The notes beneath the pieces were generated by a model that was given only the letters and a program-made list of their open reading frames with translations, was not told where the DNA came from and searched no databases. This document shows positions 8,991 to 18,400 of a DNA stretch of 38,936 bases, piece after piece. Numbering within the stretch: the stretch's first letter is position 1; the number at the start of each line of letters is the position of its first letter. Made by a program: the position numbers and the translations under genes. The DNA comes from a virus (taxonomy: Duplodnaviria > Heunggongvirae > Uroviricota > Caudoviricetes): IMG/VR virus record IMGVR_UViG_3300029288_007068; one strand, 5' to 3'.

Positions 8991-9001
8991 ATATATATAA
9001 G
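8991..9001 (-). promoter_or_regulatory. Archaeal TATA box for small-gene operon
   Basis: CTTATATATAT on the minus strand ~40 nt upstream of ATG 8955. Confidence 0.5.
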
Positions 9002-9029
9002 GTTTTTGTTTACCTTAATAGTTTTACTC

Positions 9030-9548
9030 CTAATAATAATTATTTCTATAATACGAATAGCCTATAATCCCGAATAGGGTTGCAATCGAACCTATGATGA
9101 GACCTATACCAAGAGTGCTAAAAAACGTTTCGTATGGTGCTTCTGAAACATCCGCTGTAGCGGTCACTGTTATATACTCTACTCCAGTAAGCTGTGAAGA
9201 TGGAGAAATGGTAATACTACCATCGTCATCGTCATAAGAATAACGTGAAGAATCCATCGTCCCAGTTGTGCTGTTTGCTGTCCAATACCGAGTAATCGTT
9301 ATAGAACTGAGAATCGGATTTGATGTGTAGTAAACTGTGCCACCAGCAGTCGTATCGAACGTTTCAGTATACGATTTGTATGAAACCGATGTATTATCTA
9401 TTGAAGATATTGCCATCGACACAATTACAAACCCTAAAACGATGAAGAAGACAGCCGTGATGGAAACGAGTATATGCTCTATTAATATTTCTGGGACTGA
9501 CTTCCGCCTTGGTTGATAATAACTATCCTGATATGGTGAATATTCCAT
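9030..9548 (-). CDS. Two-TM protein with Ser/Thr-rich loop; possible divergent minor capsid protein
   Basis: Same helix-loop-helix hydrophobic layout as the adjacent capsid paralogs; sequons NTS, NST. Confidence 0.7.
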   Translation of the reverse strand: MEYSPYQDSYYQPRRKSVPEILIEHILVSITAVFFIVLGFVIVSMAISSIDNTSVSYKSYTETFDTTAGGTVYYTSNPILSSITITRYWTANSTTGTMDSSRYSYDDDDGSITISPSSQLTGVEYITVTATADVSEAPYETFFSTLGIGLIIGSIATLFGIIGYSYYRNNYY

Positions 9549-9579
9549 GATGTATCACTTGCGCTTAGCGCTAAAGAAT

Positions 9580-9599
9580 AAAGGGCTTTGTTGCCCTTT
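9580..9599 (-). terminator. Stem-loop after last capsid paralog
   Basis: AAAGGGC-tttgtt-GCCCTTT, 7-bp stem immediately after the stop at 9602. Confidence 0.5.
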
Positions 9600-9601
9600 T
9601 A

Positions 9602-10165
9602 TTATGTTTTCGGTCTGACGTATGTGTAGATGAGCCCGATGATTGACATGATGGCTGCTATGATGAGGACGACGCCTATGATGTTGAATACTGAAGTTGA
9701 TGTTCCACTGACATTAATGACTGCGGTATAGGTTGAATTTGTTAACGCAGTTGTTACACCAGTTGTGGTTGAATAGACTAATGTATAAGAGCTGTTTGCA
9801 AAATGCGGCCAACTATCGAACCTATACGTTGAATTGCCAGCTATGAACGTCCCATTGACTGCACCAACATCTTGGATGAGAAACGTATGTGGCGTATCAC
9901 CACAAGTCAAACCATATAACAGACACACTGCTGTGTTGTTTATATAGTTTGGTGTTGATATCCATCTCGTGGTTGCGTTAACATCTAAGTGAATGTTAGC
10001 TGTATTGGTAATAGAACCTGAACCGGCTCTATTGGCTGAACCAGCTGGTGTAGAGGTTGGAATGTTGGCGAATACTGTAAATGATGCGAACACACCTATG
10101 CCGAGCACCATTAAACTGAGCACCACACCAAGAATCTGATTCGGGTCGATGAATCTGAGCTTCAT
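9602..10165 (-). CDS. Spindle-virus capsid protein paralog 4 with ~90-aa loop insertion (187 aa)
   Basis: N-terminus MKLRFIDPNQILGVVLSLMVLGIGVFASFTVFANIP and C-terminus NSTYTAVINVSGTSTSVFNIIGVVLIIAAIMSIIGLIYTYVRP match paralogs 1-3. Confidence 0.8.
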   Translation of the reverse strand: MKLRFIDPNQILGVVLSLMVLGIGVFASFTVFANIPTSTPAGSANRAGSGSITNTANIHLDVNATTRWISTPNYINNTAVCLLYGLTCGDTPHTFLIQDVGAVNGTFIAGNSTYRFDSWPHFANSSYTLVYSTTTGVTTALTNSTYTAVINVSGTSTSVFNIIGVVLIIAAIMSIIGLIYTYVRPKT

Positions 10166-10178
10166 TCTGTCATCCTTC

Positions 10179-10469
10179 TTACATTTTTGGGCGTATGTAG
10201 CTGTAGACGAGACCGACGATGCTCATGATAGCCGCTATGATAAGAACAACACCGACTATATTGAAGACTTGATTCCCGGTTGCCGTGACGTTCATAATTG
10301 CATAATATGTTGAATTAGTCAAAGTTGTTCCCGAAGTTGTTCCATTACCAGGAAGCGTAGTTGGAATGTTTGACACTGTCACGAAGAACGCAAAGACACC
10401 GACGGCTAAAATCACTAAGGCAATAACAGCTGACATGATTTGGTCTGGGTCGATAAATTTGAATTTCAT
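10179..10469 (-). CDS. Spindle-virus major capsid protein paralog 3 (96 aa)
   Basis: Two long hydrophobic helices joined by a glycosylatable turn (NGT, NST, NVT) and a basic C-terminus. This is the architecture of SSV1 VP1/His1-type capsid proteins. Confidence 0.8.
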   Translation of the reverse strand: MKFKFIDPDQIMSAVIALVILAVGVFAFFVTVSNIPTTLPGNGTTSGTTLTNSTYYAIMNVTATGNQVFNIVGVVLIIAAIMSIVGLVYSYIRPKM

Positions 10470-10499
10470 TTTTTCTTTCTCCTTTTAAAGAATGTTTAA

Positions 10500-10517
10500 G
10501 GGGCGTTTTTAAGCCCC
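10500..10517 (-). other. Intergenic stem-loop between capsid paralogs 2 and 3
   Basis: GGGGC-gtttttaa-GCCCC. Confidence 0.45.
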
Positions 10518-10529
10518 CAAGTCACCTGC

Positions 10530-10811
10530 TTATGCGCGGGGTCTAATATATGAATAGACTAATCCCACGATTGACATGATTGCCGCGATGATTAATACAA
10601 CACCCACGATGTTGAAAACCTGGTTGCCCGTTGCGGATACATTTATGATGGCATTATAGGTTGCATTCTGAAGTGTAGTTGACGCGTGCGCGGGTACAGT
10701 TGACGGGATGTTACTAACCGTCACAAAGAACGCAAACACTCCAACTGCCAGAATTACCAGGGCGATTACGGCGCTCATGATTGTGTCTGGGTCAATAAAT
10801 TTAAATTTCAT
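10530..10811 (-). CDS. Spindle-virus major capsid protein paralog 2 (93 aa)
   Basis: Nearly identical to paralogs 1 and 3 in protein sequence except in the turn. Confidence 0.8.
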   Translation of the reverse strand: MKFKFIDPDTIMSAVIALVILAVGVFAFFVTVSNIPSTVPAHASTTLQNATYNAIINVSATGNQVFNIVGVVLIIAAIMSIVGLVYSYIRPRA

Positions 10812-10841
10812 GTTTTTATCTCCTATTTCACTTGCCTATAC

Positions 10842-10859
10842 GAGGGACGTTAATCCCTC
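10842..10859 (-). other. Intergenic stem-loop between capsid paralogs 1 and 2
   Basis: GAGGGA-cgttaa-TCCCTC. Confidence 0.45.
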
Positions 10860-10872
10860 AACCTAATGAGCT

Positions 10873-11169
10873 TTACGCTCGTGGTCGAATGTACGAATAC
10901 ACAAGCCCTACGATAGACATGATGGCGGCGATAATTAATACGACACCAACAATGTTAAAGACTTGGTTACCAGTCGCACTCACATTAATTATTGCATTAT
11001 ATGTTGCGTTCTGCAATGCAGTCGTTGCGGCTCCAGCTCCACCAGCTGTTGGTGTAGTTGTTGGGATGTTGGAGACTGTAACGAAGAATGCAAACACACC
11101 CACTGCTAAAATAACTAACGCAATGACGGCTGACATTATCGTGTCCGGGTCGATGAATCTAAATTTCAT
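10873..11169 (-). CDS. Spindle-virus major capsid protein paralog 1 (98 aa; in-frame upstream ATG at 11220 would give 115 aa)
   Basis: GGAGG RBS before ATG 11169 (MKFRFIDPD), aligned with the paralog starts. Confidence 0.8.
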   Translation of the reverse strand: MKFRFIDPDTIMSAVIALVILAVGVFAFFVTVSNIPTTTPTAGGAGAATTALQNATYNAIINVSATGNQVFNIVGVVLIIAAIMSIVGLVYSYIRPRA

Positions 11170-11243
11170 TTTCGTTCCTCCTAACCTGGGTTTCAAACCA
11201 GTTGTCCCACCGGGACTCATAATGTAAACAATGGGGATAACCC

Positions 11244-11251
11244 TTTATATA
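11244..11251 (-). promoter_or_regulatory. TATA box of capsid operon
   Basis: TATATAAA on the minus strand, 24 nt upstream of ATG 11220. Confidence 0.55.
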
Positions 11252-11342
11252 GTAATTGGGGGTTTAACGTATTATTAAGTTTTAAATATTACTCCATATA
11301 ACTCCCTATTTAATAACTATTTATTACTCCATAAAAACTTGG

Positions 11343-11792
11343 TCATAACCACCACACAATATAGAATGATGCTTTGTGTTGGATTGTCACATCACAATAA
11401 TTGACGCAAATCGATACGTTATAAAACCTATTTGATATCATCTCATCCAGCTGTTGTTGACTTAGGAGGATATCCATCTGTGGCTCCAAGAAGTAAATCC
11501 CGGAAGTAGTATCAAAGGCAACTATCGCGTGACCATCTAATGAAACATAGCCACATCTATAGTTGAACTTCTTTGCTTTTCCTATTACGTCAAAGGAGAA
11601 GTGACGGCATTGATAAGATGGAGTATAAGTATTGTTATTGGTTTGGTCTTGATAGATGAATGCTTTGAGTTCTTGGAGAGTTGGTTGTTTGGAAGTCGAA
11701 AAGGCGTAATATCTGGCTGGGTCAGCATTCGCCCAAAGATAAGTTGCAAATAGAGAGAGTATCACTACAATTGGAATTACTTTCCGCCGCAT
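11343..11792 (-). CDS. Membrane-anchored papain/transglutaminase-like cysteine protease
   Basis: N-terminal signal/TM, then YQCRHFS (Cys), GHAIVAFDT (His) and YFLEPQMD (acidic). This order and context match Cys-His-Glu/Asp triad transglutaminase-like proteases. Confidence 0.65.
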   Translation of the reverse strand: MRRKVIPIVVILSLFATYLWANADPARYYAFSTSKQPTLQELKAFIYQDQTNNNTYTPSYQCRHFSFDVIGKAKKFNYRCGYVSLDGHAIVAFDTTSGIYFLEPQMDILLSQQQLDEMISNRFYNVSICVNYCDVTIQHKASFYIVWWL

Positions 11793-12082
11793 TAGAAATC
11801 TTTCTTAAAATTTAGTTTTATCTTATTGTTTCCCAATCTTACAAGCTCGATAGATGGTGGTAGCGCTATTATGCTCTTCTTATGGTCTGCGTTCCACGAA
11901 AAAAAGATATATTGTAGTTTTACGGGTTCGCGAAGGAAGCGTGAGAGAACGCGGGAAGCAGTTCCATTTTCGGTGACAGCACGTCCATGCTTTGCCAGTT
12001 GTTCAATGATTGAGTTGATGGCTTGCTTTACCTGGTCATCTGTTTTCATTCTGTAGACTATAATACTTTTGTTTTGAGCCAT
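11792..12082 (-). CDS. Hypothetical protein (96 aa)
   Basis: ORF track; translationally coupled to both neighbours. Confidence 0.7.
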   Translation of the reverse strand: MAQNKSIIVYRMKTDDQVKQAINSIIEQLAKHGRAVTENGTASRVLSRFLREPVKLQYIFFSWNADHKKSIIALPPSIELVRLGNNKIKLNFKKDF

Positions 12083-12090
12083 AGTTCACC

Positions 12091-12417
12091 TTATGGTATA
12101 GCTATTTGATTTCTCCTTCTATCCCGCCAAGCAATTACTTCTAAAATGATTGCAATTATATCTATAAGGACAAAACCAAGACATATTGCTCCAACTCCCA
12201 ACTCCATATGTTGCTGATTCCCTGTAGTATAGTTTGTAGCATTCGTAGCCGCGATGAAAGGCACTTCGATGTATATTGCTTGCGCCATAAGAACAACGAA
12301 GATTACGAAGGACATACCCCATAAGAATAAGTCACCTTCTTCTTCCCAGCGCATAATTGCTATCACGGTTAATATTAGCCCCGATACAAACAGCATTATA
12401 AACAAGCTTTCTAACAT
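12091..12417 (-). CDS. Three-TM membrane protein (108 aa)
   Basis: Three hydrophobic segments; NAT/NYT sequons in a loop. Confidence 0.8.
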   Translation of the reverse strand: MLESLFIMLFVSGLILTVIAIMRWEEEGDLFLWGMSFVIFVVLMAQAIYIEVPFIAATNATNYTTGNQQHMELGVGAICLGFVLIDIIAIILEVIAWRDRRRNQIAIP

Positions 12418-12419
12418 TT

Positions 12420-15400
12420 CTAATCTTCTCTCCTTTTCTTTTTCTTAAACCATATTGCAAGTAATCCGAATAGACCAACTATTCCTACTATTCCTATTGA
12501 ATCTCTCATCATAGTAGAACCACCCCCTCCACCCCCTCCACCAGAAGGAACTTCCGTTCTAAAGTAATACCAAGCTGATGCGTTATGTCCATTACCATCT
12601 TCAACGTAAACAGCCCAATAGTAAGTTGTTGAATAAGATGATGCGTTGGAGAATGGCATGTATACATATCCATTAGATTCATTGTAGGAATGGCCCATTA
12701 TTTCTGTACAAGAAGAATTGAATCCCCATGACCATGTGATATTCATTCTATAGTTATAATAATTGGTAAGCTTTACATGGGTCGTTGGATAACGAGGAAT
12801 ATTTGAACTCTTATTAGCCGGAAACTCTGAATCAATGGAAATATTCAATGCCGATGAATTCCTAAATGTTATGTTCCAATGACTCACTGACATATTAGTT
12901 ATTACGTTTTTGAAAAAAATATTCCAAGCAATGGTTGTATTCCACTTTCGAATACTCCTATTGGCGAAAGATATATTCCAATGGTATTCTGAATCATAAA
13001 TTGTTGTATTTCTAAACGAAATATTAAAGGAGTATGGGTGTGTAAGTCCAAGTCTTGTAAAGTTGAATACCGGTCCCACGGTTATTACTGTATGACCAAC
13101 TGAATCTCGAACAGTGATTCTCACATCATACTTGCCCGTTTGGATATTTAAGTGGTCAGTATCAAAAGCTTCATAGTGATTTTGAACACTTAAGTAATAA
13201 GCATACGTCCAAGTGTGATTGCATATTGGATATAAGTATGTGTGTGTTGTGTTATCATATAACGACGCATTTATCCAACAAGAATCAAGGTTTGGGTCAC
13301 CAAGCCATCTATAAGTTAAGTTTATAATTTGACCGGAATGATAGTTGGTTGTCGCGTTTGGCTGAATGACGTTTGCTGGGTTGGGAGGAACATTACCGGG
13401 AGTAATTTGTGTTCGTTGTATGGCAGACCAATTCTCATTTCCCTGAGAATCATTGGCATACATTTTATACCAAATGTAATTGCTTCCATTTCGGTTAGCA
13501 CCAGAACCCCAAACATCTATAGTTCCTTTGATAGTTGTCCAAGCGCCACCATTGTTTGAAGTATACTGTGTAAGGTTAGTGTTATTGAAATCTGAACCAC
13601 TATAGTTATACCAAGCATATTTTAAGTAGTATGGTTTTGAGGGTGGAGTTTTAGATACAAACGCTATGTAAAACTTCGCTGTGGCGCCAGTTGTTCCCAC
13701 AAATCCAGTTTCGTTTATAGTAAAGTTTGCCGACCAATAAGATGAATTTCGGTTCCTATACGCGGGATGGCTTGTTGGATATACTTGTCGCAAGAGTTGT
13801 GCATAGGGAGATGTAGCTGGATTTCCACTTGTGTAACTACTATTGACGTAATAAACTTGAAGCGGGTCGAGAGGAGCTGGTTGGGTTGGGTCTACCATAT
13901 AATTGAAGTTCATAATACAAGTGCTGTTTAAGAAGGCGCCACTATAATAGAAATCAGTATAATTCATATTAAATTCGGTCATATAGTAGTTTTGGTTGTA
14001 TACAGAGAAATTACGCTTGTTGGGCATATCTTGTATATTAGTCCTATCCAAATACCATTGTTGTGGGAAGAAGTGCCTAACATTGAGCGTTAAGTTAACT
14101 AAAGTCCAATTCGAGCCGTGGGCAACCATGTGCAACTCATAAGAACTATTATCGAAGACGCCCCACTCACCATAATATCCTATCTCTCCGGAACCAGTTG
14201 GCTTATTGAATATCTCAAACCACCTATCTTCATTTCTGTTATGGGAACGATTACCAGTGAAGTCGTCTTGATAACTTGGCGGGTATCTATACGACCAATT
14301 GAAACATGTACTTGAAAAGTTAACCAACTGTGCTAAAAAGAAGTTGCTTATTCTTGTGTAGTTAGTTGTGATGTTATAAATGATGGTTATGTTATCTGTT
14401 GAGTTATACCAAACGACTGATGGTGTTTGGGAAATGAAATGTATTCTAACTGTGTCAGATGAATTTCTAAAAGATGTATTCCACCACATAACCCTTTCAT
14501 TGACAAATACAGAAGAGTTTCTGAACGAAGTATTCCAGCTATATCTAACATCAAATGCTGTTTCAGAAGTATTTTGGAAAGATACATTCCAGCTAAATAT
14601 AGATTTGTTGTCTCTCAGAGATGAGTTTCTAAAGCTGGTATTCCATGAAAAAACTTCATTGTGTTCTCCAACTGAACTATTACTAAATGATGTATTCCAA
14701 TGGAAGACTGTTTGATTTATTATTGTATTCCTAAAACTTATATTGTAATGGAAAAGGGACTTATTTACTGTTGCATAAGAATTCTTAAAGGATATGTTAA
14801 AATCCATAAGTTTCAACCACTTTGGATATCCAAGAGGGTAATAATCTAACAGTGAACCAGTGACGTGGTATGGCTCTGTGAATCCATCTCCGACGCTGTT
14901 TCCGGTATTGTTGGAGTAATAGTTCCCACCAATGTATGGACCTCCTATGATGTTTGTTCCAGCTGTTTTAGTAAAATTCCATTTATTTCCTGTTCCAAAG
15001 TCCGAAGCAACAATTCCTATTGATGTGAACATATTGTTGTAAACCCAATTATTTAAACTTGGTCCGTTATCCAAATAAATGCAAGATAAGTTTGAAGTAA
15101 CAGTGTTGTTAACGATTCTATTTCTACTACTACTTCCGAGGAAAAAACCATTTGAATCTGTATCAACGATGGTGTTATTTGATATGAAGTTATCATTAGA
15201 TGTTGCAAGTAAAATCGCAATGACGCTATTTTTAAAACTATTGTTAAAGATGGTTGTGTTGTCACTATATATGATAAAATCACAAAGCTCGATGGTGTTG
15301 TTGCGAAGAATTGAATAGTCGGAATTGTCAGATGTCGCAATGGCAAAACTACTATAACAATGGAAATAGTTATTTTGCACAATAGAACTTGGTGACCTCC

Positions 15401-18400
15401 CATACAAATAGACTCCACTACCATTTGATGTGATGTTGTTGTTGCTTATGTTGGCAAAGTGTGCATTGTTGGTTCGAAGAGCATATGTACCATTCCCATT
15501 TAAGTTATTAGAAAAGACTGAAACATTATTTGATTCATCAATGTAAATGCTAATGTTTGAACCAAGAATAGTAAGGTAAGATATATTGACATCATCAACA
15601 TTGTTAACTAAAATACCATTATCGGTGAACCGGTCGAATTGCAGAATAGAAGTAGAACCATTACCAATGACACTGAGGGTTTTGTTGATAATGCCTTTTG
15701 ATGTGTATGTTCCATCCCAGACGTAGACTATACCACCGGTTGAGACATTATCGAAACCTTCTTGGATTGTGTGGACGTGGGTTCTGTTATACCAATCGGC
15801 GGGCGCATTATCATCTACGTATACATGAATGACAGAGGTGTTTCGGAAACTGATATTCCAGTGGTTGACTGAACGATTAACCAATAAAGATGTATTTCTG
15901 AAACTTATATTCCAATGAACAACAGGCTCATTTACCACAGTATTCTTAAAACTGATATTCCAGTGTAGTAAAGATGTATTCATAAATATACTACTGTTCT
16001 TAAACGAAATATTCCAATGAGATATAGAAACGTTCATAAAAGCAGAGGAGTTCTTAAAACTGGTATTCCAACTAAAAATCAAAGTCTCCATTTCTACTTC
16101 AGAGTTCTTAAATGAAGTATTCCAATGATAAGTACTTTCATTGATAACTTCTGATTTAAAAGACGTATTCCAATGAAGTGCGCTTTTGTTGGTTGGAGAA
16201 TTTCTAAAAGATGTATTCCAGTGAAATAAGGAATTATAAGCCGGCTGGGAAGAATTCTGGAAAGAAATATTATAATGGGCTTGACTTTGATAACTTATTA
16301 ATGATGAATTTCTAAAGCTGACATTCCAATGGAAGAGGGAATTGTAAAACAACATTGAACTATTTCTAAATGATATATTGTAATGAGGTAAACTATTGTT
16401 ATAAGCTGAATTTTTAAAAGAAATGTTATAATGGAAAGAGGATTGATTTAAAGCGATGTTTTTGAATGAAGTATTCCATGTAAACTCCAAAGCGTATAAT
16501 AAAGTAGAACTATTTCTAAATGAAGTGTTCCAAAACAAAGTGTAATCCCATACATCAAAATCTGAGTTCTTAAATGAAGTATTCCAATGTGAAACGCTAT
16601 TGTTAACAATTTCTGAACTATTTTTAAAACTGACATTCCAGTGGTTAGTTACATCATTTATTGCCACATTTTTAAAAGATGTATTCCAAGTGGGTTTTAA
16701 ATACCATACTGTCTCCGCGCTATTCTTGAAAGATGTATTCCACTGAAAAACTTTATCCATAACAGCTATACTATTGAAAGAAGTATTCCAATGGAGCAAA
16801 GAAACATAAAGAGTGGTATTTCTAAAACTTATGTTCCAAGAAAGATATTTATACCACATTCCAGAGTTTTTAAAAGATACATTCCAATGAAAAGCGCTTT
16901 GGTTTAGAGATGTACTTTTAAACGAAGTATTCCAATGGAAAAAAGGTTGATTTGACGAAGTTGATTTAAACGATGTATTCCAATAGAGAACTAAGTCATA
17001 TATATTTGAATTTCTAAATGACGTATTCCAATGAAACTGAGAAGTATTAATCTGTAAGTTCTTAAATGATATATTCCAATGGGTAAAACTCTGATTGCTT
17101 GCAATGTTTTTAAAGGATATGTTCCATGTTGGTTCAACATACCAAAGACTTATGTTATTTCTTCTGCTGTAGTTATTTGGGTCAGAACCAGATAAATCCT
17201 CAAAATAATCATTTATTCCATCATTATCCGTATCTCTTAAAAATGGATTTGTATAACTTCTATATAACTCATACCAATCACTCAAACCATCTAAATCAGA
17301 ATCTGAATAGGAGGCATTTAAAGTAGCATTATCAGGAACATTAAATAATACAAAAGCATTTGCTGATGAATTAGAAAATGAATTTATTAAAGTAAAACCA
17401 GTTCCACCTATTGAAGCCATCCAAACAGCAAACTCAGAAATATTATTATCACATACTTTAACAGGATTATCTAATGTTAAAAGAGAAGTTGCTAATGAAA
17501 AAGAATACCCTGAAATAAATGTTGTTATCGGACCAGAACGTCTGTCTGAATCTAAAAATTGTTTATAGTTGGAAATGTAGTTACTTGGAGTGGTTGCTAC
17601 AGCTGTGGTTCTGTTTACTCCAGCACTAAGATTTACGTTACCATCATGGTTAGTTCCACTATCAAACCAAACATGGTAATAAATATTTTTTATTCTTGTG
17701 TCTGATAAAATTGATAGACTTTCATCAAACCAATACCAAACTGCCGCACCACAATATCTATGTTGTATAGTATCAGAAAAAGTATTGTTAAGCAAATAAC
17801 CTGTGTCTGCTACTGTCCCAGTACCTTGGTCGTGGTGCAACACATCATTATCAAACTTAAAGGGAGAATCATATGTAGCATTAAATAAGTAATATGGTTT
17901 ATAAGACAAATTGTATCCACTACAATTTAACTGTACATATCTTCTTGTTGTTACATTTTCAACTCCCGTTTTATTCCATTCCCAAAATGTTGAACCCCCA
18001 GTACTATTTGCAACAATATCAAAACTATAATTGCTGCCAGCTTTTGTGGTAATGTTTTTTGTCGTATTTATTATCCAAAAATCACCTTTTTGTAATAAAG
18101 GGTATGTCCAATTCGTCCATACCTTTGATTCTCCGGTCTTATTCAGCCAATTTAACCATACGTTCTGAACCGTGCTATCTGGTTCAGTGACAGTAACGTT
18201 TATAGTTATTCCTTCTTCAATCTGGCAACTGTCATTTGTGTAATAACCTTCACCCCAAACTGGATGCCCCTCCAATATCACTTGGTTATATTCAGGTGGT
18301 CTCCAAGCTGGACCGCCATGGTCACTGAGATTTCCTGCAAAGTTTATAACAACACTTGGCGGTGTTGAGTCTGTAGTTGTGTTACCATACTGAAAGTCCC

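Noticed and set aside
9602-11169. Capsid paralogs as type IV pilins/archaellins
   Set aside because: No class III signal peptide (K/R-G/A cleavage followed by hydrophobic stretch with E5); they have two hydrophobic helices and a basic C-terminus instead.
10832-11227. 131-aa plus-strand ORF and other short antisense ORFs in the track (e.g. 580-4562, 13329-19014, 21157-27820, 31352-31747, 34461-34928)
   Set aside because: They are shadows of well-supported minus-strand genes, with no RBS or recognisable motifs.
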